From Mantamonas sphyraenae STR306 (lineage: Eukaryota; Protista; CRuMs): a stretch of 64,000 nucleotides of DNA. The stretch's first letter is position 1, and every line of letters begins with the position of its first letter. Position numbers and translations under genes: made by a program. Below the pieces are notes generated by a model that was given only the letters and a program-made list of their open reading frames with translations, had not been told where the DNA came from and searched no databases. This document shows positions 10,311 to 21,174 of this stretch, one piece after another. The stretch lies in contig JAPMXV010000070.1 of the NCBI GenBank assembly GCA_026936335.1, positions 1 to 64,000 on the forward strand. Direction: 5' to 3'.

Positions 10311-11834
10311 TCATCCACGCAGTGACTGGATCACTGCCTGCAGATCTCCCTCACATGCTTCCAGTGCGTCCACACATGCCTTTCGATCCGTCAGACCCAC
10401 CAGCGCAAGTGTCGCCAGCTCGCTCTCCCACTCCTTCTCAGAGTCCATCTCAGACTCAGATTCGCTCTCAGACGAAGAAGAGCTGCTGCTTCCGCTGCTC
10501 TCATCCTCCTCCTCCTCATCCTCCTCATCCTCCTCATCCTCCACCTCTTCCTCCACTGCCACAATCTGGCATCGGAATCGTTGTCCAAACTTCTTCCCTT
10601 CCCCATCTGCCATCCTCCAGAACCCGCTGTAGCTTCCAGCTGCCTCAGGTGCTTCCATCTCCACACTCACGTCCACCTCCTCTCCTGCCTCAGCCACCAC
10701 ATCCACAGGCACAGCCTCGCTTGCTCCCATTGCGTCTCCGTTCTTCTTGCTCACAAACACCACCTGCGCTCCCGCAGGCCATGCTTCTTCGCTCTCGTTC
10801 CGCAGACGCCACGTCTTTGTAAACTTGTGTCCACACTGCACCCGAGCATCCGTCCCATAGCTCACATGGCTCACAAACCGAGCCTTGTGTCGACTCTGTC
10901 CTCGTTCCCCATGTCGTCCACCGTGATGATGTCCGTGATGATGTCCGTGATGGCGATGCAGATGGCAACCTCGATGACCACCACGATGACCACCACGATG
11001 ACCACCGCGATGACCACCACCACGGCGTCCATGGCCATGACATTCATGCTGCTCCTCCTCCTGTTCCTGTTCCTGCTCCTGCTGCTTCGCTTCATACGTC
11101 AGCAGTTCTCCAGCCTCCAACTTGTCCATCCGAGCCATGGCAATCTTGTCCAGCACATGTCCAGGCACTTTGCGTCGTGGCATGTGTCGAAGCACACGCT
11201 CCACATCCACAGCTTCCAGCTTTCCCAGCCGTTCCTGCACGCTCTCTGAAAGGTCTCCTGCTCCAACCACAGCCGCTTCCTCCTCCACTTCCTCCTCCAC
11301 TTCCTTTCCCATCTTCTTGCTCTTCACACCGCCCTTCTTTGTGCGTGTCTTGCTCGTCGTCTTCTGCTTCTTTGTGGTCTTGCCACTCTTCTTGCTGCTG
11401 CTGCTGCTTGGCATCATCGACTCCTCGGCTGCCTTGGCTGCTCGTCGTGCTGCAACTCGTGTCATCAGTTTCACCCGCAGAACCCCAGGCTCACGCCCGC
11501 TCTGCTTGCTCTGCATCACACACAGTTCCACCGCGTGTCCCAGCTCCTTCTCGCTGCTCACACGCACCCAGTCTCCGTCTTCGTCTGCGTACGACATCAC
11601 CATTCGGCTCATCCTCTCCTCCTTCTTCCCAAACACTTCTGCAATCTGCTGCACCAGTCCATCCAGTCCTCCTTCCTCGCACAGCCTCTCGCTCCACACC
11701 CCGAAGCGCCGTGTCTCCGCTCCCACAGTTGCCTTTACAGACACCATGGTCTTCACGTCGCTGTTGCTGCTGCTGCTGCTGTTCTTTGTCATCGTCGTCT
11801 CGTTGGTGTTGTTTCCACTCTTGCTCATCGTCAT
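10311..11834 (-). CDS. NBR1-like selective autophagy receptor (PB1 - His/Gly-rich - FW - UBA)
   Basis: PB1 (VKATVGAETRRF...SYADEDGDWVRVSSEKEL), FW/NBR1 domain (ARFVSHV...FTKTWRLRN...WP...GSYSGFWRM...FGQRF), C-terminal UBA (LALVGLTDRKACVDALEACEGDLQAVI). Confidence 0.88.
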   Translation of the reverse strand: MTMSKSGNNTNETTMTKNSSSSSNSDVKTMVSVKATVGAETRRFGVWSERLCEEGGLDGLVQQIAEVFGKKEERMSRMVMSYADEDGDWVRVSSEKELGHAVELCVMQSKQSGREPGVLRVKLMTRVAARRAAKAAEESMMPSSSSSKKSGKTTKKQKTTSKTRTKKGGVKSKKMGKEVEEEVEEEAAVVGAGDLSESVQERLGKLEAVDVERVLRHMPRRKVPGHVLDKIAMARMDKLEAGELLTYEAKQQEQEQEQEEEQHECHGHGRRGGGHRGGHRGGHRGGHRGCHLHRHHGHHHGHHHGGRHGERGQSRHKARFVSHVSYGTDARVQCGHKFTKTWRLRNESEEAWPAGAQVVFVSKKNGDAMGASEAVPVDVVAEAGEEVDVSVEMEAPEAAGSYSGFWRMADGEGKKFGQRFRCQIVAVEEEVEDEEDEEDEEEEDESSGSSSSSSSESESESEMDSEKEWESELATLALVGLTDRKACVDALEACEGDLQAVIQSLRG

Positions 11835-12445
11835 CGAGTTGCTTTTTTGGTTGTTTTTGGGTTTGCTTGATTTCGTTTCGTTTGCTTGCTTTCGCTATCA
11901 CTTGTTTCTCACTTTCACTTGCGCTGCTGTCTGTATTCGCAGTCGTTGTGTTGTATCGTTACTCGTCCTCTTGGGTTATCCGAGTGTGTGTTTTTGTGAT
12001 GATAAGTTGGGTGAGTGTGCGTGAGTGCGCCTTTTGAACCCCACTTGCCCTGTGTTCCGAGTTCCGAGTTCTGCACCCGACCACCGTTCCGAGTTTCCCC
12101 ACCACTCTTCCGCGAAAATACCACACATCAGCCACCCACCAACACACGCATTCCCACCCGTTTCCCCATCGCACCACTGATCTGTCCACCACGTGCACCA
12201 CCAAAATTGCAAGCAAGCACACATGCCGCGCTGGAACCACATCACGCCCCCGATCTTGGGGAGGCACACCACCACCACCCTTTGCATCACAATGCTTGCT
12301 TGCTCTCTTGCTCTGACCTGCTCTTCACATGCAAAAGCCAAACTCCGAGTCTCCGTTCCTGGTGTTGGTCGCGGAGCTGGTTCATTACATCTGGAGATGT
12401 TGACTGTATTCTGCAAACTCGACCTCCATAGACAAGATCCGATTG

Positions 12446-12517
12446 GCCTCGGTAGCTTAGGGGTAGAGCATTGCACTCGTAATGCAAAGGTCATGGGTTC
12501 AATTCCCATCCGAGGCT
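12446..12517 (+). tRNA. tRNA-Thr(CGT)
   Basis: Acceptor GCCTCGG/CCGAGGC, anticodon arm TTGCA-CTCGTAA-TGCAA, T arm ATGGG-TTCAATT-CCCAT; 72 nt, no intron. Confidence 0.96.
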
Positions 12518-12520
12518 TAA

Positions 12521-12529
12521 TTTTTTTTT
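12521..12529 (+). terminator. Pol III oligo(T) terminator
   Basis: T9 run 3 nt after the tRNA 3' end. Confidence 0.85.
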
Positions 12530-12684
12530 GTTTTTCTCTTGCCATAGAACCCAACAAGGTCACCACCACCTCCTCACCACAATGCACCCAAGCCCCACTC
12601 CCACCCCTCCCACCATGCCCATGCTTCGCAGCAGCATTTTGCCTACGTGGTCCGCTCCCGCTGCACCCCTCCCTCCGGTCCAAC

Positions 12685-15600
12685 ATGACCGACTCCACCC
12701 TCCGCGATCTATTCGACACCTGCGACGCGGATGGCAACGGCACCATCAGCCTCGATGAGCTGGTCGAGGTCTTCTCCTTCCTAGGCAAGGACCTCGACGC
12801 TGACGAAATCACTCTCCTTGCAGACTGCTTCAACCTCGACCCCACACGCCCCACCGACGAGCTCACGTTTGACCAGTTTGCGCTCGGCATGGCTGACTTT
12901 ATCTACGCAGACTTGGACGCAGACTTTTCCACCCTTGCCGCCGCAGGCGCCTCGTCCTCCTCCGAATCCTCCGCCCCTCCCGCCGACACGCCCACTCCGC
13001 ACGCGCGCCAGGTACGTACACGAGTGCTCCGCAACCCCGCCCGTCCCCCCTTCCCCTATTGTCAGTCTGCTCCCAACACAGTACTGACGCCTCGCACTGT
13101 GCACACCGCCCACAGCGAGCACGAAAGCGCTCAAAGTCAGACGCCATCCGCCGAGCGTCCATGGCCGTCAACCCGCAGCAGGCCCTCGAGGCCCTGCTCA
13201 TGGAGGAGGCAGACACCCTGTTTGCGCTGTACGACACAAATGGCGACGGCCACATCAGCATGGAGGAGCTCATTGCTTCCATGGTGGAGCTCGGAGGCGA
13301 GCAGGACACCGACAAGCTGCGTGAGCTCATGGCCTCCCTGGATAAGGACCACGACGGCCAAATCGACTTTGATGAGTTCAAACATGGCATGATTACATAC
13401 ATCGCACGCAGTGGCCTTGGTGCGATCCTCGGAAGCACGCTGGCGGACGCGCAGTCGGGCGACGACTCGGTGGACACAGAGCACACATTGGATGCACACG
13501 GCTTCTCACGCAGCCCCACCGCGGACGTGGATCTGTCACGCGAAGTGGCCGGCCTGTGCGCTCTGCATGCAGAGCTGTTGGCCGCAGGCGAGCATGCACA
13601 GGTGTTGGCCCATCTGGGCCCCACCTTTCTGGACGAACTGAACGAGTGGCTGACCGACGGCCAGACGCTCGACGCCTCGTCTCTGCACGCCTTTGTGCAG
13701 CACCGCACGTCTGCATTTGACCCCGGCCGCCTGCGTCCGGCCGCCTTTGCCGCAGGTCCCGCTGCCGATCTAGCCCTGCAGCAGCAGCAGGAGCTGCAGC
13801 AAATGTTCATCATGATGGACCTGGAGTGCCGTGGTGAGATTGATGCCGAGACACGCAGGGCAATGGTGGACCTGCCCGTGCAAGACGACGCCGCCCCGCT
13901 CGACTTTTACGCCTGGACTGTCACCATGGCCGAGGCGTATGCCGAGTCTGGTGCGCCCTCCATGTTTTCGCTGCTGACGCACGCGGGTGTGGAGCGACTG
14001 GAGCGCAGTCTAAGCGAGGAGGGCCTTGCAGAGCTGCGGGCTGCGGTCGCGGCCAACGAAGAGCAAGTGCGCACACTGCAGGCGCAGCTGGCCGCAGAAA
14101 AGGCAGACAAGGATGCACGCGTTCGCCAATTGGAGGACCAGCTGCGTGCAGCCATGGAGCAGGCTGACGCAGCGCGAGCGCAAGCCGAGGAGCGTGCGAT
14201 GGAGCAAGCGGAGGAACTGGCCCGCCGCGTGGAGATGCTCATGGAGACAAACGACAGGTTGCTGGCTGAAAAGGCCGAAGAGGAAGAGTCGGCGCTGGAG
14301 ACACGTAGCGAATCGCTTGCACGGCAGGTTGTGCTGACCATGCGCAAGAAGAAAGTTGCCAAGCTGGAAGCGCAGACTGAGGCCATGGAAGCCCAAATGA
14401 GCGAGATGCGCGGCAAGCTGGCGGCCATGGAGGAGGCCCAGCGCGATGCTGCCGAAATCGAAGCCCAAAAGGAGGCGCTGGAGGAGCGTGTGCGTGCCAT
14501 GGAGGCTGCTGCGGCCGAACGCGAGCAACTGGAGAAGCGCATCACGCGTACGATGGACAGCGACATGCGCGCCGACCTGCAAGCCGCCTTGCGCGAGATG
14601 GAAGCGGAGCAAGATGGATGGACAGACAGGCCCATGACCTACCAGGAGCTCAAGCTGCTCGGCAACCGCCACCTCAAGACTGTCTGCAAGCTGCTCCACC
14701 TCTCTCGCAAGGGCAACCACATGGAGCTTGTTGAACGCCTCCATGCGCGCCAAGTACACCTCCATGACATGCCAACCGAGGCCCTTGCCTCCATGCTACG
14801 CAAGCAAGGCGAGACCGTCCCAGACGAGCGGACTGCCGTCCTGCGCCTCATCAGCCCCAGCGAGGCCCACGTGCAGCTTGACGATGTTGACGACGATGAA
14901 GACGACGATGAAGACGAGGAAGAAGACGACGATGAAGTCGAGCCTGAGCCCGAGCCCGAGCCCGAGCCTGAGTCTGAACCCGAGCCAACTTCCGAGCCAA
15001 CCCCCGAACCCGAACCCGAACCCGAACCCGAACCCGAACCCGAGTCCGAAACCACTCCCGCCACCCCCGAACCCACCCCTGAACCCACCCCTGAACCCAC
15101 CCCCGAAATCCTCCTTGAATCCAACCCCGAACCAACAACCAACACCTCCTCCACCACCACCACCTCCTCCTCCTCCTCATCCTCCTCCTCAGAAGACTCC
15201 AACGAAGGCCTGGAAGTAGAAATCATCGACACGGTGACGTACAAGGACGTCAAAAACCCGTACACCCTCTACTGCATCCACGTGGTCCACAACGGCTCCA
15301 TGTGGGAGGTCTTCCGCCCCTACACCATGTTTGCCGAGCTCCACGACGCACTGAGCAAACGCTTCCCCGTCGACATGAAGCAGATCGTGCTGCCCAAGTA
15401 CAGCAAGTGGTGGTGGAGCAAGACCCCGGCCCCGGAGGAGATCCTCCAGCGCCAGGACGCCCTCAACGCCTACCTCGCCGCTCTTGTCTCCCACCCGTTC
15501 CTCGCCGCCGACCAGAGCCTGCTCCTCTTTCTCACACGAGCCCACAAGCCTCCAGCCGCCATGATCGAGAACCCTGTGCGCCGCGGCTTCCTCACCAAGG

Positions 15601-15949
15601 AAGGCCACCAGTGGAAGGGTTGGCGAAAGCGCTTCATGGTTGTCACCCGAGACACAGTGTATTATGTAAGTGCCCACACACCACCTGCCCACCCTCCCCA
15701 CTCTCCCCGTCTCACACCCGTTCCCCGCCCGTGTTCCAGTACGAGAACGAAAACTCCTCCCAACCCCGCGGCGCAATTGCCCTTGACGGCGCTCACATCA
15801 AACTCGGCTACAAGAAGCAAGCCAACTCCTTTGTTCTGTGCGAAGCCAGCGGCAAGGAGTACCCCATCTACGCCGACGACGCCGCCGACATGCTCGAGTG
15901 GACAAATCTCCTCGGCGACTTGATCCACCAGGCCTCCAAGAGGAGGTGA
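12685..15949 (+). CDS. Multidomain EF-hand / coiled-coil / SAP / PX / PH protein (introns 13012-13115, 15666-15739)
   Basis: EF loops [36 protein letters not shown]; SAP-like [23 protein letters not shown]; PX (YTLYCIHV...[17 protein letters not shown]...LPK...RQDALNAYL); PH ([22 protein letters not shown]...EWTNLL). Both introns are phase 0 and restore the frame. Confidence 0.85.
14939..15135 (+). repeat. Coding (Pro-Glu)n / PEPT minisatellite
   Basis: CCCGAG/CCCGAA hexamers and CCCGAACCCACC 12-mers. Confidence 0.85.
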
Positions 15950-15967
15950 CCCCGAATGCACACCTCT

Positions 15968-17129
15968 TTACTCCTCCGCCTCGTTGCTGCTCTCCCGCGC
16001 CCTTCCCTCCTCCACACGCTCCATCACGCGCTCCACAATGCCCACAAACTTGCGCTGGCCCACGCTCGGCCCGCCCTCTCCCTCCTCGTCCAGATAGCCT
16101 TCTCCACGGTCGCACGCCTTGCCCATTTGCGGGTCCAGCGGCAGGTTGCCCAGCAGTTCCAGCTCCAGATCTTCGCACATCCGCTTGGCTCCCCCTTGGC
16201 CGCGGAAAAACACTTCCGTTTCCGTGCCGCAATTGCTGCACACAAACCCGCTCATGTTTTCCACCACGCCCAACACAGGCACAGACACCTTGTTACAGAA
16301 GCTCACCATCTTGCGCACGTCCTGCACACTCACCTGCTGCGGCGTCGTCACAAGCACTGCCCCGGCCACGTTTGCCTCCTCCAGGTACTTCACCACGCTA
16401 ATGTGTTCGTCAGACGTCCCTGGCGGCGTGTCCACAATCAGATAGTCCAGTTCGCCCCACGTCACCTCACTCAGAAACTGCCGGATCAGGCTGTTCTTCT
16501 TGTCGCCCCTCCAGATCACCGCCTCGTCGTTCTTCACCACAAATCCCACTGATATCAGCGCCAGATCCCCGTCGTACACGGGCTCCATCCCTTCCGACGT
16601 CTGATGGATGCTCTCCCCACCCATCCCAAACATGTGTGGCACGCTCGGCCCGCAAATGTCCAGGTCCAGAAGCCCCACCGCCAGCTCTTCACGCTCGCTC
16701 AAACTGCGAGCCAGCTGTGCGCTGAACGAGCTCTTGCCCACTCCACCCTTGCCCGACAGCACCAGCACAATGTTCTTCACCCCCTGCAGCCGCTCTCCGA
16801 TCAGTTTAATATCTGCCACCGGAAAAATGGCTCCCCTGCGTCAGGACGGAATCCCCCTTTCTCCACGCACCACGTATCAACCTCCACTCCTCCTCCTCTG
16901 CCTGCACACTCACATGGGTCTGGTCCCTTGGGTGCGCTTGCGCAGATGCTCTGGTTCGGACAACCCTGGCACGCGTCCGCCTTTCCGGCTTCCTCCGACG
17001 CCGTTCCGGGGCAATCTGCACCCTCGCCACACGTCACCCCTCAACCATGTCAGTGCCCTGTCCGCCGTCATACCCCACCATTCCTTCCAACCTACGCTCG
17101 TTGGCATTGTCTGGCACTTCCGTTTCCAT
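15968..17129 (-). CDS. NBP35: Cytosolic Fe-S assembly P-loop NTPase Nbp35/NUBP1 (introns 17016-17095, 16813-16913)
   Basis: Spliced N-terminus [15 protein letters not shown]...[11 protein letters not shown] (4-Cys motif specific to Nbp35), [39 protein letters not shown]. Confidence 0.93.
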
Positions 17130-17185
17130 TCTCCTCGTCTCCAAAACTTGGCTCCCCACTCGCACCCACAGCGCCCCATCTCTCG

Positions 17186-18142
17186 TCACAAACACTCACG
17201 CAACCACCCCACCACCCTCTCCATCACCTCATCTGGCAGGGTCACCCACCCCTCCCACCCTCTCTCCTCCACATACCCCTCCATCCCCCCGCACTCAAAC
17301 ATCACCTCCCTCTCCTCCGCATTCATCACCAACGCCACCTCCACCCGTGCATCCACCACCTGTGGCAGCATGCAATGCAAGCGAGGTGTCCATGGCACAA
17401 AGCGCACCCCGCACAGGCTCTCCCATCGCCCCTCGTTCTCTCGGAACCACCTCCACATCCTTTCCGGCCCTTCCTGCCACGCGACACACAACGACTTGCA
17501 CCCCTCCTTGTCCCTACGCAGCACAGGCGTTCCGTGCGCCACCGCAGGCACCTTGGATCCCAGCAACAACAGCAGCAGCACCATCGACGTCAGCCCTTGT
17601 GTCCTCGCCTCCCTGCACCCAACGTGCACATCTGCGCCCGCATCCACAAGCGTCAGCACAATCTGCAAGTCCTGCTGCACGATCGCACTGTATTCGTGCA
17701 GCGTCCACACATGGTCTGGGTGGAGTCCCGCGTCCAGAAACCTTCTCAGCCCCTGCACATCCCCTGTCTGACAAGCACGCCTCATCTCCAGTGCTCGCTT
17801 CCTGTTTGCCTTGAGACACCACCCGATCCGTGCCGCCTGTGCATCGCCCACGCTCGAACCGTCCACCAGGACGTCCAGCAGATTCGGATTCTCCTCCACC
17901 GCCTCCGCCAGCGCCAACCCGCCCTCCTCGCCAATATCGTTGTCATCCAGGTCCACAGATACCAACGAAGACGACTTTGCCATCGCTTGCGCCAGCATTA
18001 CAGCCTGCTCCGTCTCAATCTCGCAAGAAATCAGCATCAAGTGCCACAGGCGCGACCCGGGCGCCACAATCCTCGTGCACACGCGTTCCAACTCCTCTGG
18101 ATCCGCCCCCACAGGCACCCCGGTGAGGTTGAGGTCCGTCAT
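17186..18142 (-). CDS. LRR + ankyrin-like protein with C-terminal F-box/SOCS-like tail
   Basis: RI-like LRR (LVSVDLDDNDIGEEGGLALAEAV), ankyrin-like ACQTGDVQGLRRFLDAG and IVLTLVDAGADVH, tail WTPRLHCMLP...LPDEVMERVVGWL. Start codon uncertain. Confidence 0.65.
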   Translation of the reverse strand: MTDLNLTGVPVGADPEELERVCTRIVAPGSRLWHLMLISCEIETEQAVMLAQAMAKSSSLVSVDLDDNDIGEEGGLALAEAVEENPNLLDVLVDGSSVGDAQAARIGWCLKANRKRALEMRRACQTGDVQGLRRFLDAGLHPDHVWTLHEYSAIVQQDLQIVLTLVDAGADVHVGCREARTQGLTSMVLLLLLLGSKVPAVAHGTPVLRRDKEGCKSLCVAWQEGPERMWRWFRENEGRWESLCGVRFVPWTPRLHCMLPQVVDARVEVALVMNAEEREVMFECGGMEGYVEERGWEGWVTLPDEVMERVVGWLRECL

Positions 18143-18173
18143 CACAAAAAGAAAGTGAGCCCCCGCGGCCGAC

Positions 18174-19410
18174 TCAAAAAGTGTTTGTTGGCGGTCGCAA
18201 ACTCCCTTCTTCCGCGTCGCACTCGGTGATGCAGTACCCACAGTTCAAATACCGCTGTGACACTTCATAGTGCATCCCGTCTCCATGCTCGGGTCCCAGC
18301 ACCGGGAACGGCCACATGAGCACCCGGTTTCCCAGCATAAACTGCAGGTTGCCCAGCACGCCGTAGTCCCACGGATGTTCAAACGACACGCTTGCCCGCC
18401 GTGCCTTGAACCGGTGTCGTTCAAAGTCGTAGTACTCGATCGTCGTTGTGTTGCTCCACAGCAGCATCGTCTGCCAGCTGAAAAGACCCCCCACTCCCAG
18501 CAGCGTCGGCACCAACACCGCGTACACAATCGACATGATCACCGTCCCGCTTACGTCCATCGATCGATCGCGCACCATGTAGCTCCGCGGCGTCTGTGCC
18601 ATGTTGATGAATCCCAGAAACGCGTAGCAAAGCGAGTAAATCCCTGCCAGCATGGTGTACAGAAGAAACAGGTAAAAATACTTGTGGTTGTGGTAGCCTA
18701 CGCATTGGTTCACCCACGGACAGTGATGGTCCATCTTCAGCACGCATCTGTGCCCCGTCCGCCCCGGTGTGAGATCCTGCGCGCCAACCACAAACCATCC
18801 TCCCCTCCCACGCGCTCCTCGCCTCCCTCCCCCCCCAACCTGCTCCCATTCTCACGTCACGTACGCGTTGCACCACCTGCAATGGTGCGCCCTCGGCGGC
18901 TTGTACCGTTCGCACTTGTTGCACATCGCTGCTGTGCGTGTCTCCCCGTTCTGCAGCACCTCTTCCATCTGCTCCGGAAACTAAGCGCCCCGCCCACGTC
19001 GTCCTGTGTCAGTCTCCTCTCCCCTTTCTCACCCCGCTCCCACCCAGCACTCCCCCAAGCCCCATTCTCAACCCCCCACCCCCCCTTCCCCACCCACCCA
19101 CTCTCCCCCCTCCTTCTTCCCCCACCGCCTCCCCGAAACCCACATAGTCAAGTGGCACTGTGCCCGGCCCCGTGCTGCACGCCTTGTAGTAGCACACAGC
19201 CACCATCGCCGACAAATACGTAAACACAATGGCATTCAACAGCCCCAATGAGGTGCCCCAGTGCGGCCGCATAAGAACCCACATCGTCCCGCCCCATGAC
19301 GACAGAATCAGGTAGCACACAAACCACTGCAGTCCGTTCATCGAAACCATCCCATGAATCAACCACTGCACCAGCGAGCGGTCATCCGTCCCAGGGACCC
19401 TGGAATACAT
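18174..19410 (-). CDS. DHHC palmitoyltransferase (introns 18981-19143, 18748-18864)
   Basis: Spliced [38 protein letters not shown]-terminal TM pair, NTTTIE motif. Confidence 0.93.
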
Positions 19411-19450
19411 TGCGTGGGCGCGCCGACGCCCACGCCACACAACCCCAAAC

Positions 19451-21141
19451 ATGTCCCTGCTCGTGCTCCTCTCACCCATCCTCCAGTGGATCCTCACCGT
19501 GCTCACATGGCTGAGTGCAGTGCAAACAGTAGGGCTGTCTGTGGGCTGGTTGCTCTTTGTGGCCTCAAGATGGTGGCGCGTCATGCGCAAGGGTCCCAGC
19601 GCCACCCGACCCCTCGTCCGCTCCGCTGCAGACGCCGCCAAGGCCTCCCCAAACGCCTCCGTCACCGTCATTATGCCATGCAAGGGCGTTCACACCCATA
19701 GCAAGCGCAACTGGCACTCCCTCATTGCCGCTCGATACACAGGCCACGTCGACTTTGTTTTCGTCGTCGAAAGCGAACACGACGCCGCATACACCCCGTT
19801 GCACGAGCTGCAGACAGAGGTCCACGAACGCGACTTTCCCTTTGGTACCCGCTCGTGCCAGGTCCTCGTTGCCGGCCTAGCCACCACCACCACCCAGAAG
19901 ATTACAAACCTGCTCCGTGGCCTCGACGCCGTCGATGACTCGGTCGACTACGTCATGTTTGCCGACGACGACATTGCCTTTTACCCAGACACCATTGCCG
20001 ACTCGGTCCGCGAAATTGAGAGCGATGCAAACGTACGTTTTGCCGCCCCGTGTTTCTCTCCAGCCAGAAAATGCGCAATGGCGCCTTGCCACGTCTCCCT
20101 GCCCCGCCTGCTGCCCCCACCTTTCCATCGCCTCCATCGCCTCACATCCTCCATACCCTCCCCTTCACCTTGCGTGGGGCACAGATCTTTTGTGTCACCG
20201 GTGCTCCTCTCGACCTCCCACAGCCTGGCAGCGGCTTTGGCAACCACGCCCACGCCTTCTTCCGCATGATCATCCTCCTGGGCTTCCTCAACGACCGTGT
20301 CCAGTTTGTCTGGGGTGGATGCAGCATGGTCCGCCGCAATGACCTGCTCACACAGACCATCCTCGACGAGGAAGGCCACGAGCAGACCCTCCTTGATTTG
20401 TGGCGACACGGCGGCTACAGCGACGACTGCATCACAGGCGCCTTTGCCCTCGAGGCCAAGCGTGCCATTGCCACCACCGCCACACATGTGTTTCCCTCCA
20501 TGCTCGACCGCTCTCGCACCCTCTGGCAGTATGTCAACTTTCTCCATCGCCAAATGTTTGTCCTCGATACCTACAGCTTTGCCTATCACCGTTTCTACCA
20601 GCACGTGCAGCTCGCCATCAACGTCGTCGCAAACTTTTGCCTCGCCGTCGGCCTGCCCATCGGCTTTGTCGAGGGTGTTCACACAGCCACCCAGCTCTCC
20701 GACCCGGTCGCCGTCGCAAACTTCCAGCCCCTCAACTGGGCTGCTCTCTCCTGCCTCGCCGGCTGCCTCCTTCTTGTCACTGTTCAACAACTCCTTCTCG
20801 CCACTCTCGTCCGCATGAGCAACCACCTCCTCGCAAACACCGCGCGCGACCCCATCTCCCACGGCTGCCGCCCCTGGTACATGCTTCCCACCCTCTGGCT
20901 TCACGCCATCACTACCTTTTCCTCCGCCGTCTATGTCATCTTTGCCGACACCACAAACTGGGCCGGCATCATCTACCACAAGCGCAACGGCAGGGTCGTA
21001 AAAATCGACCGCAACGCTCTTGCTGCCACCACATCCTCTACGTCCTCTTCCACCACCTCCACCACCACCTCCACCACCACCACCACCACCTCCTCCTCCT
21101 CCCCCCTGTCTGTGCAAACTAAGCGTGAAAAGAGCGAGTAG
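19451..21141 (+). CDS. Membrane GT-A glycosyltransferase, GT21/ceramide-glucosyltransferase-like (intron 20033-20184)
   Basis: N-terminal TM, VTVIMPCKG, FVVESEHDAAY, QKITNLL, FADDD, WGGC, GGYSDD, FLHRQMFVLDTY, C-terminal TMs. Confidence 0.8.
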
Positions 21142-21174
21142 AACCAAAAACTATTCCCAACCTTCATTCACTCC

